Assembly (NCBI GenBank): GCA_002784465.1 | Contig: PFLE01000011.1 | Coordinates: 3,966 to 67,965, forward strand | DNA length: 64,000 nucleotides | Direction: 5' to 3' | Source of the DNA: Candidatus Shapirobacteria bacterium CG_4_10_14_0_8_um_filter_39_15 | Lineage (GTDB): Bacteria > Patescibacteriota > Microgenomatia > UM-FILTER-39-15 | The notes under the pieces: model-generated | Databases searched by the model: none | What the model saw: only the letters and a program-made list of their open reading frames with translations | What the model was told of the DNA's origin: nothing | Shown here: positions 10,892 to 19,940 of the stretch, piece by piece | How the letters are laid out: every line of letters starts with the position of its first letter | Position numbering within the stretch: the stretch's first letter is position 1 | Made by a program: the position numbers and the translations under genes

Positions 10892-11278
10892 TTATTTTGT
10901 CATCCCAGATTTAATCTGGGATCTATACAAATTTCTCTCTTCTTCAAATTCTGTTCCTCTTTGGTAATCATCTTCCATCCTGATCGTATTGCCAACCTCC
11001 GGGGACGAGTGTTCCACGAGATCGCAATCGGTAATGGCGGTATAACGGTGTTTTTGCATCGGATTTATCTGATAACCTTTATCAGTTTCCATATCTATCT
11101 CCTTATCATCCAAAAGGAGTCTTGCTTGTCCCCGAATTAAAGTCAGGGTTTCCGTTTTCTGGTCGTGGTATTGCAGGCTGCATCTTTTTCCGGCTTCTAC
11201 ATGAAGAATTTTACCGGTATAAGGTAAATCAGGAGTGGTCAATAATATTTCGTAACCCCAGGGTTTTTCTATTTTCAT
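10892..11278 (-). CDS. Cupin (mannose-6-phosphate isomerase-like) protein
   Basis: KPWG, SLQYH..K.E, HR, RMEDDY.R. Confidence 0.8.
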   Translation of the reverse strand: MKIEKPWGYEILLTTPDLPYTGKILHVEAGKRCSLQYHDQKTETLTLIRGQARLLLDDKEIDMETDKGYQINPMQKHRYTAITDCDLVEHSSPEVGNTIRMEDDYQRGTEFEEERNLYRSQIKSGMTK

Positions 11279-12048
11279 TTTATAATTTCCAGCAATCTGT
11301 CAACTAATTCTTCCCCGCCCAAATCCAATTTTCCCAAAGTAAAATAATCCGCTTCCAGTTCTTTAGGATCGGTGGAAACGCCAATACCGGCAACAGTCAC
11401 CATATCCTTATCGTTTAGTCCGTTGCCGATGGCCATGGTTTGATTAATATTCAGACCAAGATATTCTGTCAACTTGATTAAGGATGTGCCTTTGTTAAGA
11501 TTTTTAGGAGCAATATCGTAGGCCTCGCCATTCCACCAGCAATAAAACTCATTATTGGTATCATATTTTTTGACAATTTCCTCGATCTCTGGGACGGCTT
11601 TCCAACAATGAGGCGTAATTAAAAATTGCTTGGGCTCAAAACCGCGGATATCTTTATTGGTTTTTGCCAATTGTCTGATCGCTTCTTTCATTTGCTGGAT
11701 TTTATTTAATAATTCAGGGGTAAATTTTTCCTGCTGGATTACTTGGCCATCAATTAAAATAAATATTCCATTTTCTCCCTGCAAGCTGACATTTTCCCAA
11801 AGAAGTTTTCCATACATTCGTTCCAAATAAAGTAAACTTCGACCGCTGGAAAAAGTTAAATGAAATCTCTTTTTAAGAAGGATCATTTTATTTAAAAGAC
11901 TTTCAGAAAGTACGTGGGTTTTAACAGTCAAAGAATCTTCGGTTTCTTCAATTTCCGTGCCGCGTTCCACCGTTACGCCATCGCAGTCGAAACAAATAAT
12001 TTTAATATTCTTTAATTCCTCTGAAGTTAATTCGGATATTGGTTTCAT
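11275..12048 (-). CDS. HAD-IIB family hydrolase
   Basis: FDCDG motif I, SSGR, ENG, NKG, IGNGLND; ATG at 12048 preferred. Confidence 0.85.
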   Translation of the reverse strand: MKPISELTSEELKNIKIICFDCDGVTVERGTEIEETEDSLTVKTHVLSESLLNKMILLKKRFHLTFSSGRSLLYLERMYGKLLWENVSLQGENGIFILIDGQVIQQEKFTPELLNKIQQMKEAIRQLAKTNKDIRGFEPKQFLITPHCWKAVPEIEEIVKKYDTNNEFYCWWNGEAYDIAPKNLNKGTSLIKLTEYLGLNINQTMAIGNGLNDKDMVTVAGIGVSTDPKELEADYFTLGKLDLGGEELVDRLLEIIK

Positions 12049-12055
12049 AAACAAT

Positions 12056-12082
12056 TGTCATTCCCGCAAAAGCGGGAATCTA
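12056..12082 (+). repeat. GTCAT-tagged palindromic repeat (family C)
   Basis: TGTCATTCCCGCAAAAGCGGGAATCTA; related copies at 10898-10925, 15721-15749, 22206-22234, 41182-41218, 45985-46012, 56533-56559. Confidence 0.8.
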
Positions 12083-12093
12083 TATAAATTATT

Positions 12094-12774
12094 TTATAGA
12101 CTAGCAACAAAAATATCAAGGTGGGAAAGCAGATTTAAGGCGTCATTGCCGGTTTTTTGATTGTAATCAATTTGCTGAAGTTCTTGATAGATTTTTTCCA
12201 GGTAATCAGGCATAAATAATCCTGCTTGCGCTTTTAATTTCGCTCCCTGCCAAGGAGCGCCTTTATAAAGATCTTCCTTGGCTAAAATCAACTGGCGAAT
12301 TTGCCGGGTCAACATAAAAAATACCAATTCCGGCGCTTCCGTTTTCTCAAGTTCTTTGAGAATCGTCAGCGGCTTAAGAGGATTGTTTGGTTTAATTGAA
12401 TCCAGAAACTTGAACAGCTGTTTGTCTAATTCAAAGGTTTCAATCTTCAATCCGTTGGGAATTGTTCTTCGGTCAACATTCTTTCCCTCCCACAAAATAA
12501 TTTCGTTATTAAATTCTTTTTTAAAAAGATACTCGGTAATTTTTTCTTTTCTTTGAGATTTTTGCGAAGTTAACAAATTTTCAACAACGATCAGTTTATC
12601 ATTGCCAAACATTGACGAAGAGCCCGTGGCCGACCTAATTTGTTCCAAAGAAACTTTAGTGCCGTCCAAATTAACAACTTCAATCTTTTTTTGTTGGGCA
12701 TTTCTAATTTTTAACGACAATGCCTGACGGCTGGTGATTAAATTTTCACCGCAAATTATGGAAATCTTATTCAT
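12094..12774 (-). CDS. DNA polymerase III delta-like protein (short form)
   Basis: S.SMFG.DKLIVVEN, ML.RQIRQL, KL..QA..F, L..IDY.QKTG pattern typical of HolA. Confidence 0.7.
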   Translation of the reverse strand: MNKISIICGENLITSRQALSLKIRNAQQKKIEVVNLDGTKVSLEQIRSATGSSSMFGNDKLIVVENLLTSQKSQRKEKITEYLFKKEFNNEIILWEGKNVDRRTIPNGLKIETFELDKQLFKFLDSIKPNNPLKPLTILKELEKTEAPELVFFMLTRQIRQLILAKEDLYKGAPWQGAKLKAQAGLFMPDYLEKIYQELQQIDYNQKTGNDALNLLSHLDIFVASL

Positions 12775-13126
12775 ACAATTTCTTAAGCAAAATGTTTACC
12801 TTACTCATGTTTCTGATTAAATGGGAAACCAAAGCGCCGGAAAAGTTTTTGGGAATGTGCATCAGTTCGTGAATAAGGGTATACTGTTTATCTTTCTCGG
12901 ATAATCTGTCAAATTTTTCCGAGATAACTTCAATACAGTACGCGGGTTGACAACCGAGAGCGATGAGAAAGATCCTTGGAAGACCCCAGATGCGGGCACG
13001 GGCGCGGCTAGTTGAACCATGAGAACGAAAACAGAAAATACGGCGGTGATTAAGATAATCTAGACTAAGGATTTCAATAAGGTTTTTTACTTCCTTATCA
13101 ATATCGGGCGCGGGTTGCAATTCCAT
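12767..13126 (-). CDS. Putative HExxH metallopeptidase
   Basis: ARIWGLP, IEVISEKF, LIHELMHIP. Confidence 0.7.
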   Translation of the reverse strand: MELQPAPDIDKEVKNLIEILSLDYLNHRRIFCFRSHGSTSRARARIWGLPRIFLIALGCQPAYCIEVISEKFDRLSEKDKQYTLIHELMHIPKNFSGALVSHLIRNMSKVNILLKKLYE

Positions 13127-13129
13127 TGA

Positions 13130-13384
13130 TTATTCCTTTACCAAATAAACTTCATCGCCTTCTTTAACCGCCTGATCAACTTTCATTCCGACGGCATCTC
13201 CCTTTTTGGCCGATTCTATCTGCTTGTGTTCAACCTGCATTGAAGAAACCGTTTGGGTAAATTCATTGCCGTGACCGGAAATTCTAATTGTTTCTCCATC
13301 TTTCAATGTTGCCGACAATTCCAGTACCGCTACACCAATTTTATCGTAATAATGGGTAATTTTCCCGATTTTTACGTCTGCCAT
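13130..13384 (-). CDS. Small EF-Tu domain II/U32 C-terminal-like beta-barrel protein
   Basis: IGKITHYYDKIGVAV, QTVSSMQVEH, GDAVG.KV...VKEGD; SD GGAGGTGA upstream. Confidence 0.75.
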   Translation of the reverse strand: MADVKIGKITHYYDKIGVAVLELSATLKDGETIRISGHGNEFTQTVSSMQVEHKQIESAKKGDAVGMKVDQAVKEGDEVYLVKE

Positions 13385-13448
13385 TATTTCTCACCTCCCT
13401 TCGCAACACAGAGATCACTGAGAATTACACTAAAACACTGATTAATAT

Positions 13449-13685
13449 TCACAAAATTATCCTCTTTATTTCCAATTTACTCTTTCCAAAATTCAAAATC
13501 AAGCCTATCTTTATGTTAGTTGCCTTTAAATAGGAAATCATTTGTCTAACATGTTCATTGTTAATTTCTTTCGTTGATTTTAGTTCAAGAATAACCTTAA
13601 TACTAACTTTAGGTTGAGATTTATGAGGTATTTGATTGACAGATAACTCTGTTAACTCTGACTCCGGATATTTATTCTCGTTCAT
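13449..13685 (-). pseudogene. GxxExxY (PD-(D/E)xK-like) protein remnant with internal deletions
   Basis: C-terminus KVILELKS...HVRQMISYLKAT..KIGLILNFG...IKR is typical, but the GxxExxY segment is absent; flanked by ACAC(A/T)GA-like short repeats. Confidence 0.75.
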
Positions 13686-13688
13686 ATT

Positions 13689-14294
13689 TTAGAGTTTCGG
13701 TGTAATTTCGTTCTGTGTTTCGGTGTTCTTTTTTCTGTGATTCCGTGTCACGTGTTTCTGTTTAGTCGTTTTCTGTGTTTCAGTGTTACTAGTTTCAGTG
13801 TAACCGGTTACAGTGCGACGATGGTGACAAATAGCAACTGCCAGCGCGTCGCAAACATCATCAAAATAGGTTTTTTTATGATTAGGGGCGCGGATAGAAA
13901 GTAATTTTCTAACCGTCGCTTTCATTAAGATTTTATCCGCTTTTCCCGATCCACCAACGACAAGTTTAATACTCATTGGTGCGTAATCAAAAACCGGAAT
14001 TTTCTGTTTGGCGGCGGCTAACCTGATAACACCCAGGGATTCGGATACGGCCATCGCGGTTTTAACATTGGTGGCAAAAAATAATCGCTCAATTGCCAAA
14101 ACATCCGGTTTGTGTTTTTTCAGAATGGCCAGCATCTCTTCGTGGATCGTGACTAAGCGGTTTTCGCGCAGGGAATCTTTGTCGGTTTTTATCCATCCCC
14201 AATCAATCAGTTCGTATTTTTCCGTTTTACCGTCGGTTTTAAGCACTCCAAATCCGGTAGTAGCCGTTCCCGGATCAATTCCCAAAATAATCAT
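13689..14294 (-). CDS. ruvC: Holliday junction resolvase RuvC with repeat-derived C-terminal tail
   Basis: IILGIDPG, IERLFF, GSGKADK, DDVCDALAVAICH; tail TETSNTETQK... lies on the short repeats. Confidence 0.92.
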   Translation of the reverse strand: MIILGIDPGTATTGFGVLKTDGKTEKYELIDWGWIKTDKDSLRENRLVTIHEEMLAILKKHKPDVLAIERLFFATNVKTAMAVSESLGVIRLAAAKQKIPVFDYAPMSIKLVVGGSGKADKILMKATVRKLLSIRAPNHKKTYFDDVCDALAVAICHHRRTVTGYTETSNTETQKTTKQKHVTRNHRKKNTETQNEITPKL

Positions 14295-14357
14295 AAATAA
14301 TGATAGCACATAATATATCTGGTAATACGTTCGGCTTTTTAGTATAATTCAACACGA

Positions 14358-14538
14358 GGCCCCATCGTCTAGTGGTCCAGGATGCGAGGTTTCCTGCCCG
14401 CAGTGCCAAGCCGCCATCGTCTAGCGGCCTAGGACATCTGGTTTTCAGCCAGAGAATCGGGAGTTCGAATCTCCCTGGCGGCACAGCTTTGGCAGGCGGG
14501 TCAGCCTTGCAACCACGGTCCGAATCCGTGTGGGGTCA
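14358..14538 (+). tRNA. Interrupted (outer) tRNA-Glu; halves 14358-14392 and 14501-14538
   Basis: Acceptor GGCCCCA/TGGGGTC, anticodon stem CGAGG/CCTTG, T-stem CACGG/CCGTG; joined loop TTT|TCAG; T-loop TCCGAAT is non-canonical. Confidence 0.8.
14410..14483 (+). tRNA. tRNA-Glu(TTC), nested inside the outer tRNA
   Basis: GCCGCCA/TGGCGGC acceptor, TCTGG-TTTTCAG-CCAGA anticodon arm, GTTCGAATC. Confidence 0.95.
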
Positions 14539-14568
14539 CCTCGCTTGGCTCGGTGCAAGCACTTTATT

Positions 14569-14847
14569 ATGTATTGGTTTGTCTATATAGTTGAGTGTAG
14601 TGATAGTTCTCTTTATACCGGCATTAGTAACGATGTAAATAAAAGAGTCTGGAAACATAATAATGGGTTAGGTGCTAAATCCATTAAGGGAAAATTACCA
14701 GTAAAACTCGTGTACATAGAAAGGCATAATAATATGCACGAGGCGGCAATTAGAGAAAGAGAAATTAAGGGGTGGAATAGATTTAAGAAACTAAGATTAA
14801 TTAACGAAATTCCTTATAAAGGGCTTAGTCCTGGGAATAAACGATGA
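14569..14847 (+). CDS. GIY-YIG nuclease family protein
   Basis: WFVYIVEC.D.SLYTG, R...HN.G.GAK, A..RE.EIKGW.R.KK; ATG 14569. Confidence 0.92.
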   Translation: MYWFVYIVECSDSSLYTGISNDVNKRVWKHNNGLGAKSIKGKLPVKLVYIERHNNMHEAAIREREIKGWNRFKKLRLINEIPYKGLSPGNKR

Positions 14848-14878
14848 AGGGCTTGCCCTAAGGAAGGAAATGACGAAG

Positions 14879-14953
14879 GGCCCCGTAGCTCAGCGGTAGA
14901 GCAGTTGCCTTTTAAGCAATTGGTCACAGGTTCGAGTCCTGTCGGGGTCACCA
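14879..14953 (+). tRNA. tRNA-Lys(TTT)
   Basis: GGCCCCG/CGGGGTC-A-CCA, loop CTTTTAA, GGTTCGAGTCC. Confidence 0.95.
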
Positions 14954-14956
14954 TAT

Positions 14957-14999
14957 CTACGTTCACACCTTTAAGGTGAACTACGTTCACACCTTGGGA
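14957..14999 (+). repeat. REP family B copy just after tRNA-Lys
   Basis: CTACGTTCACACCTTTAAGGTGAACTACGTTCACACCTTGGGA. Confidence 0.88.
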
Positions 15000-15008
15000 A
15001 TCGAATCT

Positions 15009-15686
15009 TTAATTCTTATATACGTTATTGAAGCAATTCTGGGCTTTCTGAAAACCAGCATCCTGGGCTTCTTTTTCAGTACAAAACCAACTTTCTCCTA
15101 AATTTTTTTCTACAAAAACCGCAGTATATTCACTGCATCCTGGAAAAAAATAATGTTTAATCGTCGTATTCTTAGTGATATTTCCTTTAATCAGACATTT
15201 AGGGTTATCCGGCTTTTCGGCAAAGCAGGGCGGTTCATGAATACCTCGATTATTTGCAACCGCTTCGTCATCGGCTTTTTTTAAAATTTTCCTCTTGGAA
15301 TTTGGAGTACCATCATATCTGACGAGTCCTTCTTTTAGTAAAGCCTCGTTAACCAAAACATTATTAACATAAACCAAGGCGAGTGTTCGGTTGAAAACGT
15401 CTTCGGTATTCGCCACAATCGTCACATTTTTTCCCAAAATCATTTTTTCCAAATATTGTTTGGCTTCTATTCCCCCGCATAAATTTATTTCCGGGGCCTC
15501 AATATTACTTAATCTGATTCTTTGCCAGCCGCCGATAATAATTGTATCCCCGTCAACAACATTGGTAACTTTATTCGATTCAGCCAGCTTTTGATTTTGA
15601 GAATATTGAAAGATATTTAATCCCAAAGACCCCACCAACCCCAAAGTCCCCAAAACCCCCAAAATTCCTAATTTATTTCTCTTCAT
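15009..15686 (-). CDS. Membrane-anchored thermonuclease (SNase) with Cys-containing C-terminal domain
   Basis: VVDGDT, RIRLSNIEAPE, DVFNRTLA.VY, VNEALLKEG; CLIKGNI...WFCTEKEA..AGF. Confidence 0.88.
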   Translation of the reverse strand: MKRNKLGILGVLGTLGLVGSLGLNIFQYSQNQKLAESNKVTNVVDGDTIIIGGWQRIRLSNIEAPEINLCGGIEAKQYLEKMILGKNVTIVANTEDVFNRTLALVYVNNVLVNEALLKEGLVRYDGTPNSKRKILKKADDEAVANNRGIHEPPCFAEKPDNPKCLIKGNITKNTTIKHYFFPGCSEYTAVFVEKNLGESWFCTEKEAQDAGFQKAQNCFNNVYKN

Positions 15687-15746
15687 AATATTCCCTTTGT
15701 CTTCCTTTATTTTCCTTATGTGTCATTCCGGTCATTGAGCCGGAAT

Positions 15747-15956
15747 CTATACAACAGGATTATTGGCCGAATAAATAGCAACAAAAATAATCAATATTGT
15801 TATTCCTAAAACGAAAATCGAAACTCCAACAAGAGTACCCTTAATAATATTTTTTAGCGATATGCTTGTATCAAAAGGATCAAGAGGATAAATTTTCGCT
15901 TTCGGGTCGTAGATAAAAGTTATTTCAACGGTAGCATCTTTAAGCGGATTCTTCAT
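15747..15956 (-). CDS. Small hypothetical membrane protein
   Basis: C-terminal hydrophobic helix; promoter at 15967-15995 directly upstream. Confidence 0.5.
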   Translation of the reverse strand: MKNPLKDATVEITFIYDPKAKIYPLDPFDTSISLKNIIKGTLVGVSIFVLGITILIIFVAIYSANNPVV

Positions 15957-16042
15957 TGGATAATTTAGTTTAATTCAGAGGGTTTGAAAATGCAAAAAAA
16001 AGAATTTTAATCTTGTTTAAAATACTTGAATATTTTTCTCCA

Positions 16043-16421
16043 TTAATTTATCCTGCTCATTAAAAACAAATTGACCCAAAAGAAAAATTTTTCAGAAACC
16101 ATATCTAAACTATCAACATTTAATGGATCAACCCATTGAAAATCTCCTTCTTCAGATGACGGAAGAGAAATAATGTTGGGAAGATTGCCAATAAAGTTAA
16201 CATGAACCCATTCAACGCTTCCTGACGGAACTACGGATTGGGTCACCCCATATGGTCTAAGACTCTCCGGGTTCTACCTTTCCCCCAATTCCAGAATATT
16301 TGCCGGGATTAACCTTTTTTGTCATCGGTCTTTTAACCAGCAAAACTTTTCCTTGAGAAAAAACAAGGATATTAACACTTAAAATCGTCTTATAATCCAT
16401 ATACTTCTGTAAGTCACTCAT
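16043..16421 (-). pseudogene. NUDIX hydrolase pseudogene
   Basis: ATG 16421 ...GKVLLVKR...GIGGKVEPGES then stop; C-terminal part (SSEEGDFQWV) continues in another frame; REUxEE helix missing. Confidence 0.75.
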
Positions 16422-16425
16422 ATCT

Positions 16426-17276
16426 TAGGGTAATTGTCAATATTTAGCACCAAATTTGTTAATTAATAATTTTAATAATCTTTCTTTTTGTTTTGTTAAA
16501 TCGTCTTTTTTATGGTTATCTCTCCAAACATATTCTCCTAAGAAAAGTGGTAAGTAAATTCTTCTGACTCCACCCTTACTTGCCAGTTTTCTTTTGAGAA
16601 AACCCCAGAAGCCTTCCAAGCCATTGATGTGATTTTTGCCCCTGACATATTCTTTTTCCCGATGTTCAACTGTTCTATGAACATATCCCATTGCTGCCAA
16701 TCCGGTGTAACTTCTGTAGGTATCAGAACAGATGCGAGATCCGGTTCTAACCTTCTTCGTTATGATCGGTATTAGGTCTTTCGCTTCCGTATCAGAAACA
16801 ACTTTGGCAAACACTTTGCCATTTCGGCAAAGGATACCAAAGACAGGCTGTTTGGTGGTTCCAAAACCACTTTTACTTTCCTTTTGTTTTCTTTTGACCT
16901 CCAAGGTGAGTTTCATCTACTTCCACTGTTCCTGAAAACATTTTAGGGATGTCTTTTAACATGACCATTCTTAACAACCTTAATGCCTTGTTTATGGTTC
17001 CCATGCTTTTCCCTGTCTTTTCCTTTATGGTTGGACTATTTACCTCCAGTAAAAACAAATCAATAATCTTGATTCAGTCTTTTCTGGAAAGATTAAAACC
17101 AGAAATAAATTTAGGTTTTGAATCCTTTCTGCAAACCCGACAACGATATTCTCCACCGGTTAATTTCCAGTACTTTTTTCCTCCACAATTCTCACATTTG
17201 TATCTCATGTGCAAATTATATCGAAAAATCGAACCGTTTTCTTATTTTAAGGTGCTAGATTTTAGATATTACCCTA
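16426..17276 (-). mobile_element. IS1595-family element with inactivated transposase (16437-17208)
   Basis: Imperfect TIRs TAGGGTAATTGTCAATATTTAGCACC (16426-16451) and TAGGGTAATATCTAAAATCTAGCACC (rc of 17251-17276); Zn ribbon CENC..CRVC, VEVDET, SDTY.SY, HINGLEGFW; one in-frame TGA and a frameshift. Confidence 0.88.
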
Positions 17277-17361
17277 CTATACGTAGTCTTTCCAGTTAAG
17301 ACGTAAAGCGCCTAGGTCGAAGGCGTATGGATTAGACAAATTTATCCAAGAGGGGTGTAAA

Positions 17362-17607
17362 ATGGCAGGCCCGAGAGATACAGACAAGGACGACGACAGG
17401 AACGATGATCGGGACGACGACAAGGGTAATGACAAGGACGACAGTTGGCCTTCAGGCTACGATTATATCGACAGCTCTGGCAGCCTACATGACAACGCCC
17501 GTGAGACGATCGAAGCAAACCTAAGCAAAGAGGAAGCTTGGGGTACGGGTGCTCAGTGTAGTCAGGACGCAGACAACATCGATAGTTCTGACTCCAAGGA
17601 CGACTAG
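17362..17607 (+). CDS. Small highly acidic hypothetical protein
   Basis: GAGGGG SD-like site, Asp-rich 81-aa ORF, structured terminator-like element downstream. Confidence 0.65.
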   Translation: MAGPRDTDKDDDRNDDRDDDKGNDKDDSWPSGYDYIDSSGSLHDNARETIEANLSKEEAWGTGAQCSQDADNIDSSDSKDD

Positions 17608-17815
17608 CAACCGCTGGGCCAACAACTGAATAAGTGATCTAAATTAAGAAAGGGTACTCCATAATGGAGATAAGGCGTAAGATCACTACGCTAGAACATC
17701 CGTTCTACCCTTTCTTTTCTCTTTAAAAAAAATTTAAATTAAAAATTGGTTAGGCTTCTTGACATAAACAGCCTTATATGAGATTATAAATTTGGCAAAA
17801 TGAATTACAAAAACG

Positions 17816-19090
17816 ATGAATCAGGACAATAATTTTCAGACAGTTTTTTGGCCGGTAAAAGGAGTAGAAACGGTTTTGGTGAGTTTGTGGGTTAGATCCG
17901 GAGGATGGTATGAAACAAAAGTCAAAAGAGGGATTTTCCACTTCTTAGAGCATGTTTTGGCACAAGGAACAAAGAGATATTCTTCATATTTGGAGCTTTC
18001 AAAAAAACTAGAAGAGCTGGGAATCAATCCGAAAAATTCTGTCGGTGGATATTTTTCAATATACAACTGGATAATTCCAAAGGAAACATTCTCCGATTCA
18101 CTGGCTCTTCTGGCTGAATATGTTTTCAACCCTCTATTACCAAAGGAAGCGATTGAAAGAGAAAGAAAAATTATTTTACTGGAGTATTTTGATTATTGGG
18201 ATAAACCGATTAACCATTTTAATCATTCGTTGGGCGAAAGTTTTTTTGGGAAAGGACATCCATACACTTTTGATGCTTTAGGGACAAAAGAGTCAATAGA
18301 AAATATTACCAAAGATGATTTGGTTGAAGCCCATAAGCAATATTATCAACTCAACAATATGATTTTGGGGGTAGTTGGTGATTTAGAAGAAAAGTTTGTA
18401 AATCAAGAGATTAACAAGAATTTTAAAAATCAAAGAAAGGGAGAAAAAATTGTTTTAACCGACGATGTTGTTTTGGATTTTACAAGGAAAATTGTTTTCA
18501 GTAAAAAAAATGCTGACCAAGTTGATTTTTCCCTTAATTTTCCTACGATTGGTTTTAAAGAAGAAGCTTTAAAGGAAAAATATTCACTGGCAATGTTGTC
18601 TTACCTTCTTGGTCGATCAAGGGTTTCCAGATTAAACTTGCGTATTCGGGAAAAAGAACCGCTTTCCTATTCGATTGGTTCATCAGTGAAACACTTTCCT
18701 CAAAAAGGAGTTTTTACCGTCGGGTTTTTATCCTCGATAGGAAATTCTCGCAGGGCAATCGAGATAATCAAAGAAGAAATAGAAACGATCAAAAGAAATG
18801 GTATTTCTGAAGAAGAATTTAGGGGTTGTCAAAAAAGTTTTATTTATCATGTTTCGTTAAGCTTTGATACTATTTATTCAATTGCGGACAATTTAATGGA
18901 CAATCTTGGTTGCAAAGGAAGAATCTTTTTGCCGGAAGAAAAAAAGAGGGCAATCGCAGAAGTTACTAAAGAGGATTTATCTGAAATGGCTAAAAGAGTT
19001 TTTGATTTTGACAAAGCAACTATTGGATTTATGGGGAACAAAGAGAATTTGGAAGAGATAAAAAGCACGGGTATTGATAGAATTATTTAA
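17816..19090 (+). CDS. M16 family zinc peptidase
   Basis: HFLEH inverted motif, ERE..ILLE, SRL..RIREK..LSY. Confidence 0.9.
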   Translation: MNQDNNFQTVFWPVKGVETVLVSLWVRSGGWYETKVKRGIFHFLEHVLAQGTKRYSSYLELSKKLEELGINPKNSVGGYFSIYNWIIPKETFSDSLALLAEYVFNPLLPKEAIERERKIILLEYFDYWDKPINHFNHSLGESFFGKGHPYTFDALGTKESIENITKDDLVEAHKQYYQLNNMILGVVGDLEEKFVNQEINKNFKNQRKGEKIVLTDDVVLDFTRKIVFSKKNADQVDFSLNFPTIGFKEEALKEKYSLAMLSYLLGRSRVSRLNLRIREKEPLSYSIGSSVKHFPQKGVFTVGFLSSIGNSRRAIEIIKEEIETIKRNGISEEEFRGCQKSFIYHVSLSFDTIYSIADNLMDNLGCKGRIFLPEEKKRAIAEVTKEDLSEMAKRVFDFDKATIGFMGNKENLEEIKSTGIDRII

Positions 19091-19143
19091 CTTTTAACGA
19101 AGTTATTGATTTACTCAAAAAGAGACAGGATTATAATCAGATT

Positions 19144-19560
19144 ATGAATAATAAAATTTTAAAAGATGTTGTAAAAACAAAAGAAGGGGAGATAACCTTT
19201 ACCTGGTATTCCGGAAAAATTATTGAGGGATTAAAAGTTCATATGGTTTACGGTTTTTGCTTAAACAAGAAAGGAAAGATCGTTCTGGTGAGGGATAAAG
19301 ACGAGAAAAGATTTACTTTACCTGGAGGTAAAATAGAAAATAATGACAGTAAAATAACCGATCATCACCAACAAGTTAGATATCTTTGCTCGATTGAAAA
19401 CCCGGGAGATTTTATTCTCGAAAAAGATGGTTTTGAAACGGTAGAGAGAATTTTTATTGATCCTGCCAAACTTCCGGATTATATTGATTGGATAAATTAT
19501 CCGACCGGAAAAGTTCAATTTGAAGAATTTCTGGATAGAAATACAAAAATTATTTCTTGA
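19144..19560 (+). pseudogene. NUDIX hydrolase lacking the Nudix-box helix
   Basis: GKIVLVR...TLPGGKIE runs directly into C-terminal sequence with no REUxEE. Confidence 0.65.
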
Positions 19561-19648
19561 TTAAAACTTTACGCGGTTCGGCTCCATGGCTCGGTCCAAT
19601 AACTCCTTCAGTTTTAAGATCTTCAATAATTTTTTGGCTATCATCCAT
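19550..19648 (-). pseudogene. 32-aa ORF resembling the C-terminal half of an FtsK gamma domain
   Basis: MDDSQKIIEDLKTEGVIGPSHGAEPRKVLIKK vs the FtsK-gamma pattern ii..Le..GivGp..Gs.pReVL. Confidence 0.55.
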
Positions 19649-19653
19649 GCTAT

Positions 19654-19938
19654 TTAAAAGGGAATGTTATCGGCTGTTTTTTCTACTTTAGGACTTTCCC
19701 CTGGTGTGACTGAAGATTTTACCGCAGCTTCGTCAGAAGTATCAAATTCCTTCTTGATTTCTACAAATTCGGTTTCCGCCTTCTTAAGTCTTTCTTTGCA
19801 TTGTTTGATCAACAACAATCCACGCCGAAATTTAGCTAATCCTTCGTCCAAATTAATGTCTTCGCTTTGAAACCAGCGATTAATTTCTTCAATTTCTGCT
19901 ATGGCTTTAGCAAAATCAAAATTTGGTATATCAGTCAT
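19654..19938 (-). CDS. xseB: Exodeoxyribonuclease VII small subunit
   Basis: F.KAI.EIEEI, LDEGL.KF.RG..L...C..RL..AE; follows xseA. Confidence 0.9.
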   Translation of the reverse strand: MTDIPNFDFAKAIAEIEEINRWFQSEDINLDEGLAKFRRGLLLIKQCKERLKKAETEFVEIKKEFDTSDEAAVKSSVTPGESPKVEKTADNIPF

Positions 19939-19940
19939 AC

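Noticed and set aside
14393-14500. Group I intron in the outer tRNA
   Set aside because: Only 108 bp, mostly occupied by a tRNA, with no P3-P7 core
14390-14504. Reading the outer tRNA as Asp(GTC) using junction TT|GTCAG
   Set aside because: Formally possible, but the body is Glu-like, the discriminator is A rather than G, and a normal tRNA-Asp exists at 47924
14275-14590. ORFs overlapping tRNA genes (also 48612-48958)
   Set aside because: Shadow ORFs across tRNA sequence
17074-17076. In-frame TGA in the IS1595 transposase as evidence for genetic code 25
   Set aside because: dnaE, ppsA, gatA and rplU end in TGA, and the same transposase also has a frameshift
16418-17284. Target-site duplication for the IS1595 element
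   Set aside because: Flanks ATATCTTA and TACTATAC do not match beyond TA
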